In this document: positions 10,919-24,461 of the stretch, one piece after another
How the letters are laid out: each line of letters begins with the position of its first letter
Position numbering within the stretch: the stretch's first letter is position 1
Source: Nemertoderma westbladi
Lineage: Eukaryota > Animalia > Xenacoelomorpha
Assembly (NCBI GenBank): GCA_032718475.1
Contig: JAUCBJ010005463.1
Coordinates: 1 to 64,000, forward strand
Length of the DNA: 64,000 nt
Direction: 5' to 3'
The notes under the pieces: generated by a model
What the model was told of the DNA's origin: nothing
Database searches by the model: none
What the model saw: the letters and a program-made list of their open reading frames with translations, nothing else
Made by a program: the position numbers and the translations under genes

Positions 10919-12547
10919 TAACATATGGAGTGGGCGTGTGACCATATTATTTTATATTTGTTTTTATTTTATATTTATGTATGTATTATTATGTACTTTA
11001 TTATAATCGTTTTTATTCAATTTTATTTAGTAGAATGTTATTTTAGTGATTATTTAGTAGATTAGTGCAATATATTAGTGTTTATTACGTACGTAATTAC
11101 TTATAATATATATTAGTGCGACGGCGAGAAATAATTATTTTTTCTCTTTCCTTACTGTCCGTATCATATTGTAAATACGTGACTACAGTAAGATGAAATG
11201 TCCGTACTTAGTAAAGTACAATAAAGCCACTACTATATTCAAGTATTATTGGTAGGCAGAGTATTAGGAATGCAAAGTTCAGATCCTCGTGTCTCGGCTA
11301 AACCAAGCTCTGGGTAGACCTTGGAAACGACTTGCCTCTTCACACTGACATTGCTTTGTGCGATATTGCTCTCATACCATATATAATAATACATATAGTA
11401 GCGTGATGTCCCTCTAACAGTAGCGTAAAACGCAAATAAATCTGTTAAACTTTTTGACCATCTGTAATTCTAGTCGATTAAGATATCGCGGCACCCACCG
11501 ATATACTTGAAAGACAAATTCTAGAATCAATGGTTAACGTCCCCAGACAAGTTCTGGAATAAATCGGTGCCCATCTTAAATATTAATTTAATATTTGTTA
11601 AAATCTGTAAAATTCAGATCTGTTAACAATTCTAGTCGATTAAGATATCGTAGCACTTCCCGATACTCTTAAAAGACAAATTTCATAGAATTAAGGATCC
11701 TATGTCCCCAGACCTGCTCTGGAATCAAATTGTGTCAATTTTAACATCAAATAATAAAATTCACGGGAATAAATTTAAATTCATATTTTTAAATGAATTT
11801 CATAAATTGTCATTTTGTACAATTTATAACATTCCCAAAATTCCATTAATTAATAGATCGTGGGAGCGGAGATTCATCCTGTTGAGTGTATTAGAGTGCG
11901 AGAATCTCCAACATATAGTCAATAGCCGATAAAATTAATAAAATCATGCATAAAGAGGATATTGACAATTAAAGAATTATTATTAAATAGCATCCCAGAT
12001 CTGTATGCATGAGAATTACCCTAATTCTACCGCTAGCATTCCATAATGTCACCATAGCAACACCCACGCTAGAATTAGAAGCAAGTTAAAAGAACAATAG
12101 AAAGCTTGTCCCATTGCATAGCATAGAGAATACATAGCACACTGTTAGTATCCAAGGATACACAGTAATAAAGTGACATTCTGGAAGGCACTGACTAACG
12201 GACAAATGGCCTGTGTGTGTGCAGTTGTTGACAGTTGTGTGGAATTTGTGCGTTTGTAGGTGAATGTTACTGCTAAGGTGTGTTTACAGTAGCTAGTCGC
12301 AATTGTGAAAGTAGCCCAACTCTCCTATAGAAAGAACCTAAAGTGGATTCAAGCCTTTGGGACGGACAGTGGAGTGACTTGTGCCGGTTATCGTTGTCGT
12401 GATGTTGCTACATGTTGGCGTAAACACCACGACGACGGTACATCGGCGCTGAGAATCCCACTGTCCGGGGGCAAAGAGAAGTAGGCAGCGACGTCCGCTC
12501 GCCTAAACATAAACTCATTTCGATATTAATAAACTCAGATAGCAGGT

Positions 12548-13999
12548 ATGACGGAGTTGATAGAAGATGATCTTGGTATCAGGGAGCGATATACTCTACC
12601 TTTGCCAGCATTTGTGGATAGCTTGATACGCGGTGAAACCGATCCAACCATTACGGAGGACGATGGTCGTTATATCGAACCGCCGATGTCCCAAGAGCAA
12701 CTTACGCGTGAATTGGACTAGCGAAAATTCACCTCTCGCTATACGCATCGTAATGGTACGTATATGGACTTCCTAACTACCGGCCATCCTATCGATTTAC
12801 ATGATACGGACGATGTAGACACCGAAAGGGAAATGGTTCTATTTAAATATCATACCCAGCGGAGTCGTAACGATAAACCGAGAATAGATCACGAAAATTC
12901 TATTCGTAACAGACTGGGAAGACGAACCAATATGCCTAGAATCTGAGGAGATTCAGCCTATCGCGCCCGGAACAGCGACAACGACTACATCATAGAATGG
13001 TATCAAGGTCCACAGTGTCTCACTGCGTACGATTATCGACATGCCAACTATGTTTCTAGGCAACGTTGTCGGTTATGCGCATCGAGAGACCATGTTACGC
13101 CCATGGACACAAACGTCGTCCGCTGTTCCTATTTCCACGAACAACCGGCGATGGAAATTTATTGCGTGTATTGCAGACTCAATAACTTGCACATTTTTGC
13201 GGTTTGCCCTCAATTTATGACTCAATGTCACCATTGTCAACTAAAGGGACACGCCAGTTTCGATTGCCCTTTTGATCACAACTTGGAAAGCGTAGATGAA
13301 ATGATCACACTACGTTACATCAGAGCTTGTGAAGCGAACGCTGATTTACATTGTGATTCGCGCCATCATTATTATCCTGGACGCGCTTACGAAGGAATTT
13401 ATGCGTTCCATCCTTATCTATTCGCTTCTGTCGAACAGAAATCACGCATATCGAGTTACGAACTACTGAAGCGCGTCGGAGAATGTATTTCAACTAAATT
13501 CGTACGCAAATTTCTCAGGAGTGTTAATCCTAGCGACCTTCATTCCTCTAACTTAATCAATTATATCCGTCAGGATCCGGACTATGGAGACTTGTTTGTT
13601 AACTCACACCCCGAGTTACAGGAAGTACATCGACGGCCTTACGAATACCGAGCCCGCGAACGCGAGTTGGAAAGGACCATTAAACCCCGGAGGTTTCTAA
13701 CTGCCTATGGTCCACCCACGGCCCTCGTTCAGACCACTCGTAAAGGACCCGTAAGAGCGGCTGTCTTGAAACGAGCTCTCAAAGCCGTTAGACCCCTCTC
13801 CCCGGACGTTGATGTCAATCAACCCGGTACTTCGACTGGCGGATACACCGACCATAATCCTACACCCTCTGATGCAATCATATTGCACCCTTCACCCAGG
13901 AGTTATAGCCCTCCTTGTAAAGTGGCTCGCCCCAAAGAGAAAAGGACTCTGGCTAGCTTTAAAAAACTGCGTAAACGCCGTCCGCGCAAGAAAGACTAA
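12548..13999 (+). pseudogene. E1 3' extra ORF (unknown protein with three zinc-knuckle-like motifs), two in-frame stops
   Basis: One frame from ATG 12548, with TAG at 12719 and TGA at 12944. Motifs CRLCASRDH, CVYCRLNNLHIFAVC and CHHCQLKGHASFDC. Basic C-terminus KKLRKRRPRKKD. Homologous to E2 28145-29861. Confidence 0.8.
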
Positions 14000-14077
14000 C
14001 TGTTTAGAGTATTTACGTATATTAGAAACTGTGATTTTGTATATTTTATAGACTTAAATCCCATTTTCTGGGAGCGG

Positions 14078-15364
14078 TGTAAAAGCTTCTGTGGGATATA
14101 ACTGGCCCCTTTGCTTCGCAATCCAGTTTCCCCCCAGGCGCTGGAATACTCTAAAAGGGTTCTCTAACTGTATAAATATTCCCCTCGCCCTCAAGGTACC
14201 GTTACAGGTGTTTTAACGGACATAAAAGTCATTCTGCTATATACGTGTTTTAGCGGACATGGTAAGACAAAAAACCTGCAATGCGACAAATACCTTTCAT
14301 AGCTTAGCCGTGATGATTCATATTACGACATCTAACAGCTGGTTGCTGACATGGAAACAGCCATTGGACGCATGGTTCTTTGTTTGGCTTGAACCAATCA
14401 GAGCGATTTTTCCTGTCGACGTGTAGCTTTTCGGTCGATCATAAGGAGTGTGTTCAGTCTTACGTTTTTTTCTTGATACTTTGTTGTTATTGCTGTCTAG
14501 GCCAGGAACAACGGCTCTAGAGTCAATTCGTTTCATACTTTTAGAAGAAACATTAGTAGGCTTAAATTATAGAGCGTATGACTGTTATCAATTCAATTCA
14601 GTCTATATCATAACACATCATATATTAATTTATATCAACTTGTTTCTATTCTTGTATTATCGGTTCAATATACATTATTATACTGCTGTTTACTATCGTG
14701 TTTGGTTGAACATTATTTGGAGAACATCTATAAAGAACCCAAATTTCCCAATTTTCTTGATACACTACAGGTTAGAGAGACGGGTTATATATAGCGATTG
14801 CGACTTATATTATTGTGGTTTGTAGTGAATTTAATGCTATTTGATAAGCACTACATGAGTCCGTTGCTGTTCGCTTTATATATGATAAAATTCATTGACG
14901 GTCGGCAAATTAGTGAGCAGTATTGTGTGTTACCGGTAGTGTGCATGATTGTGATTGATAACTAAGCATTTCCTAAAGAATGCGCCTCATACATGAATCA
15001 TAAGCCTTACCGACTTACCGTTGTGATTAGTGTAAGTCATATCTCTGTTTACCTAGATAGAGCGCCACGTCCTAAAGGAACTGTTAATATTTCCCGAAAG
15101 TAAATAATATTAGTCAGAAATTAATTATTAACGATCAATCGAATAATACAATACCGTAAGCTTCACTGCAATAATAATTTAAGCCCTCAGAATCCAGTCT
15201 CCCGGGATTATCCAGCGGGTGAATGGACGCGCACTAGGCTGGCTTCTGCTAATGTTGTGTTTATTGGTATTAAATATTTGTCAACTTCTAAAGTCTATTT
15301 ATAAACCAAAAGACATATAAATTTTGGCAGGTTAAACTGCTAAAGGTCTTCAAAAGCGCGTACA
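14078..15364 (+). repeat. E1 3' LTR
   Basis: Near-identical to 2813-4099, preceded by the PPT and followed by TSD TTTGG. Confidence 0.97.
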
Positions 15365-15784
15365 TTTGGTTATCTTGTGCAGCTGCCTGTTTTGCTGCTA
15401 CCTCCCCCCCCCAGACTGTTATACCCCCATATTTACCATTTACCTCCTACCCCCACCCCACCCCCCCCCCCCCCCCCACACACACACAGTGCTGTTACAT
15501 TCCTGTTTCCCCCTCATGTACATTATTTTTTTACTCCTTCCCTTATTAGTAACTACATCGTTTATTGTTTTGGTGAGAAAACCCATCCCTGTAACCTGAT
15601 CCTTTCCCTCAATTGGTAATAACATAGTTTATTGGTTTGGTCAGAATATGTTATTATTATTGTTGTTATTTCATTGCTTGGCAGTGATGAGAATTGTAAT
15701 ACTGTAATATATTGTATGTGTATGGGTGGTAACCGGAATCACTAAGTGCGATGGGGGATAACATGAATGGGAGGGAATTATTGT

Positions 15785-15975
15785 GCCCATGATTAATGTT
15801 TGTGCCCTTGATTAATACGTGTCCCTCATTTAATATTTGTGTCCCTCATTAATCTTTGTGTTCCTCATCAATGTTTGTGACCCACATTAATGTTTGTCCC
15901 TCTGATTAATGTTTGTCCCTCATTAATGTTTGTGACGCTGATAAATATCTGTCCCTCATTTAATGTTTGTGTCCA
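15785..15975 (+). repeat. Minisatellite, ~21-22-bp unit ATTAATGTTTGT(GT)CCCTC
   Basis: About 9 degenerate tandem units visible. Confidence 0.8.
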
Positions 15976-16716
15976 GATCGCTATGGGTTTCCGTACGTTT
16001 TGGACGACTTGGTCAGCAACTTTAATTTGAGTAACATTAACTTTTAGTCTACGTTATATGTATGAGGCATCTTTTACAGCAACAAACTTCGCGTTTACAT
16101 AGAGCAACTTGATCGGCAACCTAACTTGCTTACCAAACTGCTGACAAAGTTGCTCAAAATGTTGTCACGTAGAAAAAAAAAGAGTATTTAATTATTCATC
16201 ATGATGTACTGTAAGTTAATTTTAACTTTAACGTAGCTGTAACCCTGTAGCTAGACTTTGTTCTTACTGTAGAGTACCACTCAAGCCTATATTTTGTACT
16301 TAGAGTTCCGCTTGCTTGAATCGAACTTTTGTTCTTATACTAATAGTTCTGCATTTGGCTACATTTTGTTCAATTTGTATTGATACATGATTCTAACAGC
16401 AGTCCCGTACTTATTTTATAAGCAATTAATACCAAAATATCAAACACTTATGGAGCCCCAAAAGATACCGATTTGAATTAAAAAAAAATTCCCAATTCAA
16501 ATTCAAAGTGTTAGCTATATTATATGTGATTATTTGTTATTATTGCGTTCACAGGTAATACTAACACCTGCTCATTTGCTAGTTAACATGTTAGATAGCA
16601 CGTATTAGCTAATAACAAATGCGCACATGTATTACGTGCGCTCTACGCACTAAGGATGCACGATACACCTTGTCTCTAGTAATTATGATATATTTTGCGT
16701 GTTTTTTGTAAAAAAA

Positions 16717-16956
16717 GCGGGGGTAGCTCAGTTGGTTGAGCGCCGGGCCTGCAATCTAATGGTTGTAGGTCCAGCCCCGCCAGGGTCCACTCAGCCTTTC
16801 ATCCACTGGGGTCGATAAAATGAGTACCTGTTAAATAACTGGGAGCAAATCTTGGGATAGGAGTAGCGCCCACCCCTACCCTCGGGTAGCAGCTATCGAA
16901 AGAGGAGCCTTCGGGTCGCCTCCGGCTTCGGCCGACTGTTTGCTTTTGCTTTGCTT
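16717..16956 (+). mobile_element. tRNA-derived SINE with conserved central domain and RTE-like tail
   Basis: Head GCGGGGGTAGCTCAGTTGGTTGAGCG (A box) with a degenerate B box. Core ggtccactcagcctttcatcc...ggtcgataaaatgagtacc resembles the MetaSINE-type domain (from memory). (GCTTT)n tail. Flanking repeat TTTTGTAAAAA. Confidence 0.8.
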
Positions 16957-17261
16957 TTGTAAAAATTCGGACTTATGGTGTTTTGACAAATTGAGGATAC
17001 CATGTTTTCTGGCATTACCCCGAGTACGCTGCGCAGACACTAAATTTGCCATAACTTTTGAGTGCTTTCATGGATTTTACTCAAATTACGTGCAAACACC
17101 TTTTCTACGTCAATGCTCTTTGTACACAATCAATAAAATTTAATGATGAAATATGTCAAAAAATTTAAATCACAAAAAAGTTAAATCACACTATTTCTAT
17201 TAAATCCCACAATTAAATAAACCAATCTACTGTAGGTTTTGATTTTGTTTAATTTTCATAA

Positions 17262-17420
17262 GTCGAATCAAATCGAATATTTTTTTTAGACTTTCGATTC
17301 GATTTCGTCATTTTTCGATTCGATTCGATTTCTGGAAAAATCGCTTTCGATTCGATTTCGACCCAGTAAAATTCGTTCGATGCGATTCAATTTTCGATTC
17401 GATGTCGATTCGACCCCAGT
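17262..17420. repeat. (TTCGA)n subterminal repeats, probably the end of a DNA transposon or MITE
   Basis: Many ttcga/tcgaa pentamers ending in gtcgcagtccct. Confidence 0.5.
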
Positions 17421-18799
17421 CGCAGTCCCTCCCTGCCTTGTAGTTAGTGAATCTGGTGCTGCTTGCTGCTTGGGTTCGGGTTTTGGCTGCTGATAGGCTT
17501 GGGGCACCTTGGACTACATTTGCTATATTCGTTGTGAATTTCCCCATTGGAGACCCTACCGCAATTGCTTCCTGCGTAATGTTTCTGTAGTAGCTTCCTC
17601 TGTACGACTCTCGAGAGCTCAATGATTCTAAAAACTTTTATTGGCGTCTTCCTATGATGCTACTGATAGGGTTCTCTGTGCCGGGTGTGGAAGCCCGTAC
17701 TGATAATAACTGCTTTAGAGTTCGGAAGAATATTTTACATACTGATTTAATGTTCGGAGACAGCCATGTTTCGCACCCATACTGTATAATAACGATGATT
17801 GCGGAACAGCTTGCCTGACTGTCTTATTTATTAGTGTGACGGGATCGGTCGACCCCGATTTATCCGGTTGTTTGCTTACGCGTCCCCGCCGTGTGTATGT
17901 GGAAAGAGTTCTGGTTGAGAGTCTAAGTATCCTTGGTATGTATAATAACTGAGAACAGATGATTGATAATAACTGAATGAGTACCGGTAAGATAGTAACT
18001 GAATGATGATGGTGGCGACGATGGTAACAAAGTCATCGCTCTGCCCTGACTGCACTGAGATAACTGAGCAAATAACATGGTTACCGGTAGTATATATTGC
18101 ACCGTTGGCCGCATTACATTACTCAGTCGATGCTTGCCCTCCCATTGGCTGATAGCTCACTTCTCGCCCTCCCATCTCTCTAGGAGTGTTCCTCCCCCGC
18201 TACTGTTATTCTCTCTCCCCTGGAGGTATAACCTCTGACCCCCATTAAGCGTACGTCCTCTGGGGTTTCTTGTCCCCTTTTTATTGGGGTGATACAAGGT
18301 TGATTGTTAATCAACCTTGTACTCCCAATATTGCTTAAGGCGCTCTTTCCCACTTTATGGGGGTTGGTGTGGCAGAATTGAATACGCTCACACTCCCCCC
18401 CATGCTATCTTCCTGGTGAGAAGATAGCATCAACCACTAAGTGCGCTTCAATTCCGCTGGAACTCGATCTACTATCGGGTGTGGGGTGGAGTTGTTTTTT
18501 CTTGGAGTCGGCTTTCCAGGCTGCTCCCTATGGGTATGATGTCACTACCCTCTGGCGTCTCGTGTCGGGCCGATCGTGCGCTTCTTTCACACAACTTTTG
18601 TTTTCCCAACACTCTCACCACTCTAACTCCGCTCTAACTCCTCCACTCGAACTTACTCTCTCCTCACACCTGAATCGCACTCGCCTGCTCTCTCTCTCGC
18701 CAGCAGCTCCTCTCCATACTCCTCTCTACTCTCTGCCACTCCCTAAGGCCCTAATCTCTAATGCTACACCTGTGCTATCATACTATCTACCTTACTACT

Positions 18800-19580
18800 T
18801 ACTTGCTAACTATCTAACTCTCCTACTTTCTACTAACTCTCCGACTCTAACTAGCTCTACTAAGTCTAACTCCTACTAACTCTTCTAAGTCTCTAACTCC
18901 TAGCTCTACTAAGTCTACTAACTCTTAGTACTTCTAGCTCTAACTAAAAACCTCTAACTTTCTACTAACTCTAACTAGAACTCTCTAACTATCTACTAAT
19001 TCTAACTCTACTGCTGCTACCTCTAACTCTGCTACCACCTCTATCTTCGTGGCGCTTGCGGTGCCCACAACCACTCTCTGCTACTACTTCCATCTACATG
19101 TCGCTTGCGGTGCCCACAACCACTCTACTACTACCTCTACTCTACTACTACCTCTACTCTACGTGGCGCTTGCGGTGCCCACAACCACTCTGCTTACTAC
19201 CTCCAACTCTACTAACTCTCTACTACCTCTAACTCTACTAACTCTCTCCTTCCACTACTACCTCTAACTCTACTAACTCTACTACCTCTACTTCGCTACT
19301 ACCTCTACTTCCTGGCACCCTATGTGCCCTCTCTACTACTCTACTACCTGGCACCCTATGTGCCCTCTCTACTACTCTACTACCTGGAACCACTCTCTGC
19401 TACTACTTTCTACGTGGCGCTTCCGGTGCCCACAACCCCTCTCTTACTACTTTCTACGTGGCACTTCCGTTGCCCACAACCACTCTGCTTACTACTCGTG
19501 GCATGTTAATATGCCACACTCCCTTACCCCGCCGCCTTCTAACTTAACTTCTACTTTACTTACTACTAACTATCTGACTA
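18800..19580. repeat. Low-complexity CTACT/CTCTAACT tract with repeated gtggcgcttgcggtgcccacaaccactct units (E3 3' region)
   Basis: About 5 copies of the ~28-bp unit between 19049 and 19486, in a CT/A-rich background. Confidence 0.8.
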
Positions 19581-19726
19581 CGAACACCTTACTATCTTCT
19601 ACTAACTATTTATTATACAATTATTTTATTATTTATTTTTAATTAAATAATTAATTTTTGTGGGAAGGGCGTCTCGCCCTCATTCCCACCCCCCTCAGTC
19701 CAAAATATTGGACGACTAAACTCCAC

Positions 19727-22700
19727 CTAACTAGGGCGATTCTTCCAACAGGCACTCTCCCACTGCTCCCCTTGTAGGTCCTGTAGGATTCGCCACACTC
19801 TCCTCGCCAATTCCAACTGACCAGGAATTGGTTCTCCCTCTTCCGCCACCCTAAAATCGGGTCTCTCCGCCGCCTTCTTAACTATCTCGTCTCCTGGCAT
19901 CAAAATGCCACCTCCCACCTTGTTATCTCCTGGCGGCAGAATGAATAGAAAGTGAAAGAACAGGCAAAACAGAAGGTACAATAGTAGTCCTATCCCTTTC
20001 CATCCTGTCTTCCTACTCGAGTTCCCCCTTGTCGGTATGCCTCCCAACCGGACCGGCGTCTCTTCCGGACACTCCTCTGGACACTCCTTCCGACGCTCCT
20101 CCGGGCACTCCCCCGGAGTGTTGTCCTCCGGACATCTCGCCGTCCGCTCCTCTCCATCTCCATGCCGATACTTGCTGGGAAATCTATTCTCCTCCGCCCA
20201 CTCTCTTACTGTTACTTCCCTGTCTGGCTCTACTATCTCCTGTTTCTCCTCTTCGTCCTCTGCGTCTACGGTGCCTGGTAACATGCACCCTGATGTCTCT
20301 GTCACACTGCATGGGATCTTGGTTTTAACTGGGCCGCTAAGCATCCATCCGAACGGCGTGAGGATCGCCGTCGGGTCCCTTCGCCGAAGACCGTCTTTGT
20401 TCTCTCGTGGGCCGTCGGGCAGTCCATTCCTACTATAATGGATACCTTCCTAACGTCCACCTCTGGTATTGAGAAATCGATACCGTCCAGGAATCTATAT
20501 TGTTTGACCTCAATGTTGGTTGGTCGCCTGGCGTTGATATTTATCAATTCTATGACGTGGATGGGGTTGATCGTCGCCCCATAGTCGCATCCCGGTGCAT
20601 CGCTGATATCTTACACCGCCCCGTCCTCATCTCCAGGACCTCATCCTTACTTGATACGGTAGTTACCGCCATTCTATTCGGCCTTGTCTTTAGCCCTATC
20701 TCTTCGGCCACCCAGTTCTCCACCAGCGTGAAGGCTGCTCCGCTGTCGACCAGCATTAATGTCGTTACTGATCGACCGCCCTCTCCTGATATCTTCACTG
20801 GTACTACCCCGAGTAGTACTTTTCTCTTGTTTCTTGCCACTGTCGTGCTTGTAGCCATTGTTTGGCCTCCAGTCTCGGACTCTCTAACTGCTGTTTCTCT
20901 ACACTCTCCGGATCTGTGTCCTTCTACCACACATCGATGACATAGTCTGTTTGCGTCTGTGTAGGCTATACGATCTTGTTTGGGCAACGCTTGCCAGTGC
21001 TTACAACTCATGGTCTTATGGGTTCCGTCCCGATGTAATTGACATTTGAATCCTGTATTATAGCGTTTCCTGTATAGTCCCTCACGTATCGCGCGTAGGT
21101 TTATATCTACCGATTTAGTGTTTTGGTTATCTGTACTCGGCCTACTGGGTATACTGGGATTGTGTTTATTTGTGGTGTTATTTTCTTTCTGTCCCTGCCA
21201 TGGTGTGGCCCTACTACCAGCTAACTGTGGACTAGCAGTCCCCTGTGTGGCCGCGTGTGGTAGTGACTGTTTTACTCTTGAGAATGGGTTTGTCGGATTA
21301 TGTTCGGGTCTAGGCCTGTTGTATTCGGTCTTTGGTGCCTTCCCCAAACTATCCTCACTATAGACTGGGATTTGTCGCGTCGGATATATCATTGGGGGTA
21401 ACGGCCCCCTCCATATTTCCGTGTCGCACGACCTGTTCTCGTCCAGGGGGTTCGATGTTCTTATTGCTGTTCGAGTATATTGTTGATATCGTGATGGGGG
21501 AATGTCACCCTGTCCCCCCCCCCCCCCCACCGGTATGTTTGGTACTGGGGTTGATGTTAATATATTGGGGCCCATACATCTATCTGCAATATCTCTCCCC
21601 TCCCCTGGATATATGTTATGTCCCTGTGTATTATAGTCATGCTGCCATACCGATATAGGCCTACCCACTTCTTGCCTACCTACCGGTATGTACTCCGCGG
21701 CTTCCGGGTTTAATCCCGTCGTCCGCGCTACCCTATCGCCTATTCTATCTCTCCTAGCATGGCCTATAATAGTATGTGCAGTAAGGCCTACAGTATGTCC
21801 TGCAGTCTGCATGTGCCCTTCCAAACCGAAGTTTAATTCTCTCGAATCTCGAATCTCCCCGCGACTACCGTACTCTCGATCGGCAGCTACATCCCGTCGG
21901 GAAGTTTCTCTTCGATCCCCTATCCTGCTCTTGTCTTGTCTCTCCTGGCGTGCGGTGCGTTTCTCCGGGGCGACGGCAATCTCCTGAAGTTCGACCCCAC
22001 TGACTCCCTAACTCCATCTCTACTATCGACGGCTCGCTATCCATCCTCGCTCTCCGGTTGCTCCTAGCAACGACCCTTCTATTGTCTTCACTTCTTCTCT
22101 CTTCGACCTTCCGATTAAACTCTACTAATCTTCTTCTATCTTCGGGATCCCGTCTTTCTTTCTTTCTTTCTGTTCTTCTTTCTTCGACCTCTCGGTTAAA
22201 CTCTACTAATCTACTCTCGGCGCTAACAGCTGACTCTACTCTGTCCGGTTGGACCTTCCTGGGGATACTTGCCATCCCCCTACTATACTCCGGCGTCGGG
22301 TGCCGCGGTTCACCTAACTTGCCCCGCGCATTATCCGCCGACGCCTGTGGGACACTCTCTGCCCCCCCCCCCTCTCTCGCTACTAATCTCTCGTGGTGGG
22401 GCGCCCGTAGCCCCCCCACCCGCTACTTCTAACTTCACTATCTCTTACTACACTTCTGCGTCCCTCTTGTCGGACATTCTCTACCCCCCCTTCTCTCGCC
22501 ACTAATCTTCCGTGGTGGGGCGCCCATAGCCCCCCCCCCCCCCCACTCGCTACTTCTAACTTCACTATCTCTTACTACACTTCTACACCCCTCTTGTGGG
22601 GCATTCTCTGCCCCCCTCTCTCGCCACTAATCTTCCGTGGTGGGGTGCCCGTAGCCCCCCCCCCCTCACCACATCTAACGTCACTATTTCTAACTTCACT

Positions 22701-24461
22701 TCTATACCCCTCTCTAGTCGACGCACTAACTCTACTGGGGCTGGGTCTATTCACCCCCGCCTCTTCCTCTACTACTGCGTGGCCTACCAGGCCCACCTCG
22801 GGTTGACTCAACCCCGCTGCTTCCTGCCTACTAACTACGTGGCCTACCAGGCCCACCTCGGGTTGACTCAACCCCGCTGCTTCCTGCCTACTGACTACGT
22901 GGCCTACCAGGCCCTCATTGGGGTTTCTCTCCCCCGCCACCTCCTGCCTACTAACTACGTGGCCTACCAGGCCCCCATTTGCCGGGTTATGCACATCCGC
23001 CACGTTCATATTAATAGCACCATTCCCAATATTATCTGTTAAATCAATTAAATCTCCTAAATCAATTAAATTATTCGAATTATTAGAGTTTGAAACGGGA
23101 TTATTATTTAAATTATTTTGTGTGCTTAGATTTAAATTATTTGAATTATTTTGCGTAATTATATTTGAATTAATATTATTATTTGGATTTAAGTTTAAAT
23201 TGCCGGGTAAAATATTTCCTGTAATAAAGGGATTAGGGTTATCTACTACGGTACTATTAAAACCAACTACCCCTAACGTACTATTATTACCCCCCCCCCC
23301 CCCCCGCCCGTACGGCTACACCGGTTCTGATTCTGTCACCCGTTGCTTGTAAGTGGGGTCTCACTCTCTGATAGTCCCAACCGCGCCAGTTCTAGTCGGC
23401 GCTTCTGTATGGTTTGATATCGCATAAGCCCCCTTAGGCGGGCATGCAAATCATCCCGCACACGCTTTGCCTCTATCTCTCTCTCTCCTCTCGTATACTC
23501 TGCTCGGTCAACTCTGCCCCTCTCGCAACCATCTCAAACCGTCTCGCCGGCTCGTCCTCTACTCTCATCTCCCGCTCCACACGCTCCTCGACTCCCTCCC
23601 TATACTCCCTCGCCAACTCTCCTAACCTCTCTAATAATGCGGTTTCCTCTCTCAATTGTCTCTCTAATTCTTTCTGATCTAGCGCCGCAACTCTCAATTT
23701 ATACGCCAGATTTATCTCCAACACCCGTCTTACTTATCGTCTTACAACACCCGTCGCCCCTCCGTCCTACTAACTTTCCCCCGCTTTCCGGGGTTCTCGC
23801 TGACCAACTAGACCGAATCCTCGGAGTTAACCTCGGATTCGCCCTCGTGCGGTCCCCTCCAACCCGCTAATTTTACTCCCTGGGCATCGACTAAGTATGG
23901 TCCTACGTACACTACGCTAGGTTCCATACCCCTACATTCCCATAGTTCGAACAGTTCGCTGGCAACCACTCTCGCTCTCTCGCTGGCTAGTTCTCCCTGC
24001 CCAAAATGCATTAGGTAATCAAAATGTCTGTTCGACTCACCTAGCCACTTTTCTAACTTTACCTCGTCTATCTTGGCCCCTCCTCTGGCTTCGCTCAGTT
24101 GCTTCCGGGCCGCGAGATAGGCTCGTCGGAGCCGGTCGCTGACTCCGACGTCCTCGTCGCCGACATCTCCTCTATCCATCTGTGTCCGGCGTCGTACCGG
24201 CGGCCCCACCGTCGCTGTTCCGGTGGGCTGTCCGTCGCCTTCGGCCTGTGGCTGGCCGGCGGCATCGGTACGTCGACCGCCGTCGTGCGTCGACTCGTCT
24301 CTCCCTTCTCGTTGTAGACGGCCCCCCTCCGCTTGGATTGCCGGATCGTCTGTAGTCGACGGATCCGGCGTCGTGGGTCGATACCGTCTCGCCGTGGCCT
24401 CGCGGATCGTTAGGTTGTCGTCCGGGGTCCGCGGCGGTGTCGTCTCTCTCTCTTGACTCAT
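19727..24461 (-). pseudogene. E3 frameshifted gag-protease and integrase C-tail remnant
   Basis: CQLHRDGTHKTMSC, CHRCVVEGHRSGEC, VLLGVVPVKI...LVDSGAAFTLV, IIVGMDCP and TPFGWMLSGP lie in ORFs 20550-21824, 20302-20547 and 19727-20344. N-terminal ORF at 23808-24461. Confidence 0.8.
22330..22980. repeat. Tandem repeats inside E3 gag (~120-bp x3; 60-bp x4 encoding GLVGHVVSRQEAAGLSQPEV)
   Basis: cgtggcctaccaggccc occurs at 22778, 22838, 22898 and 22958. ctctcgc.actaatct..cgtggtgggg occurs three times. Confidence 0.85.

Larger units (their letters stand above)
2813..15364 (+). mobile_element. BEL/Pao LTR retrotransposon E1 (non-autonomous, young)
   Basis: TGT...ACA LTRs at 2813-4099 and 14078-15364 (1287 bp each, about 3 substitutions seen). 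5-bp TSD TTTGG at 2808-2812 and 15365-15369. Purine tract GGGAGCGG at 14070-14077. Pao-type gag-protease inside. Confidence 0.97.

Noticed and set aside
12548-13999. env gene
   Set aside because: No signal peptide or transmembrane segment evident. It has zinc knuckles and a basic tail instead.
16717-16790. Possible tRNA gene
   Set aside because: Anticodon, T and acceptor stems do not pair properly. It continues into a SINE core and tail with flanking direct repeats.
18481-19642. Leu/Thr/Tyr-rich plus-strand ORFs
   Set aside because: Products of low-complexity CTACT repeats inside E3.
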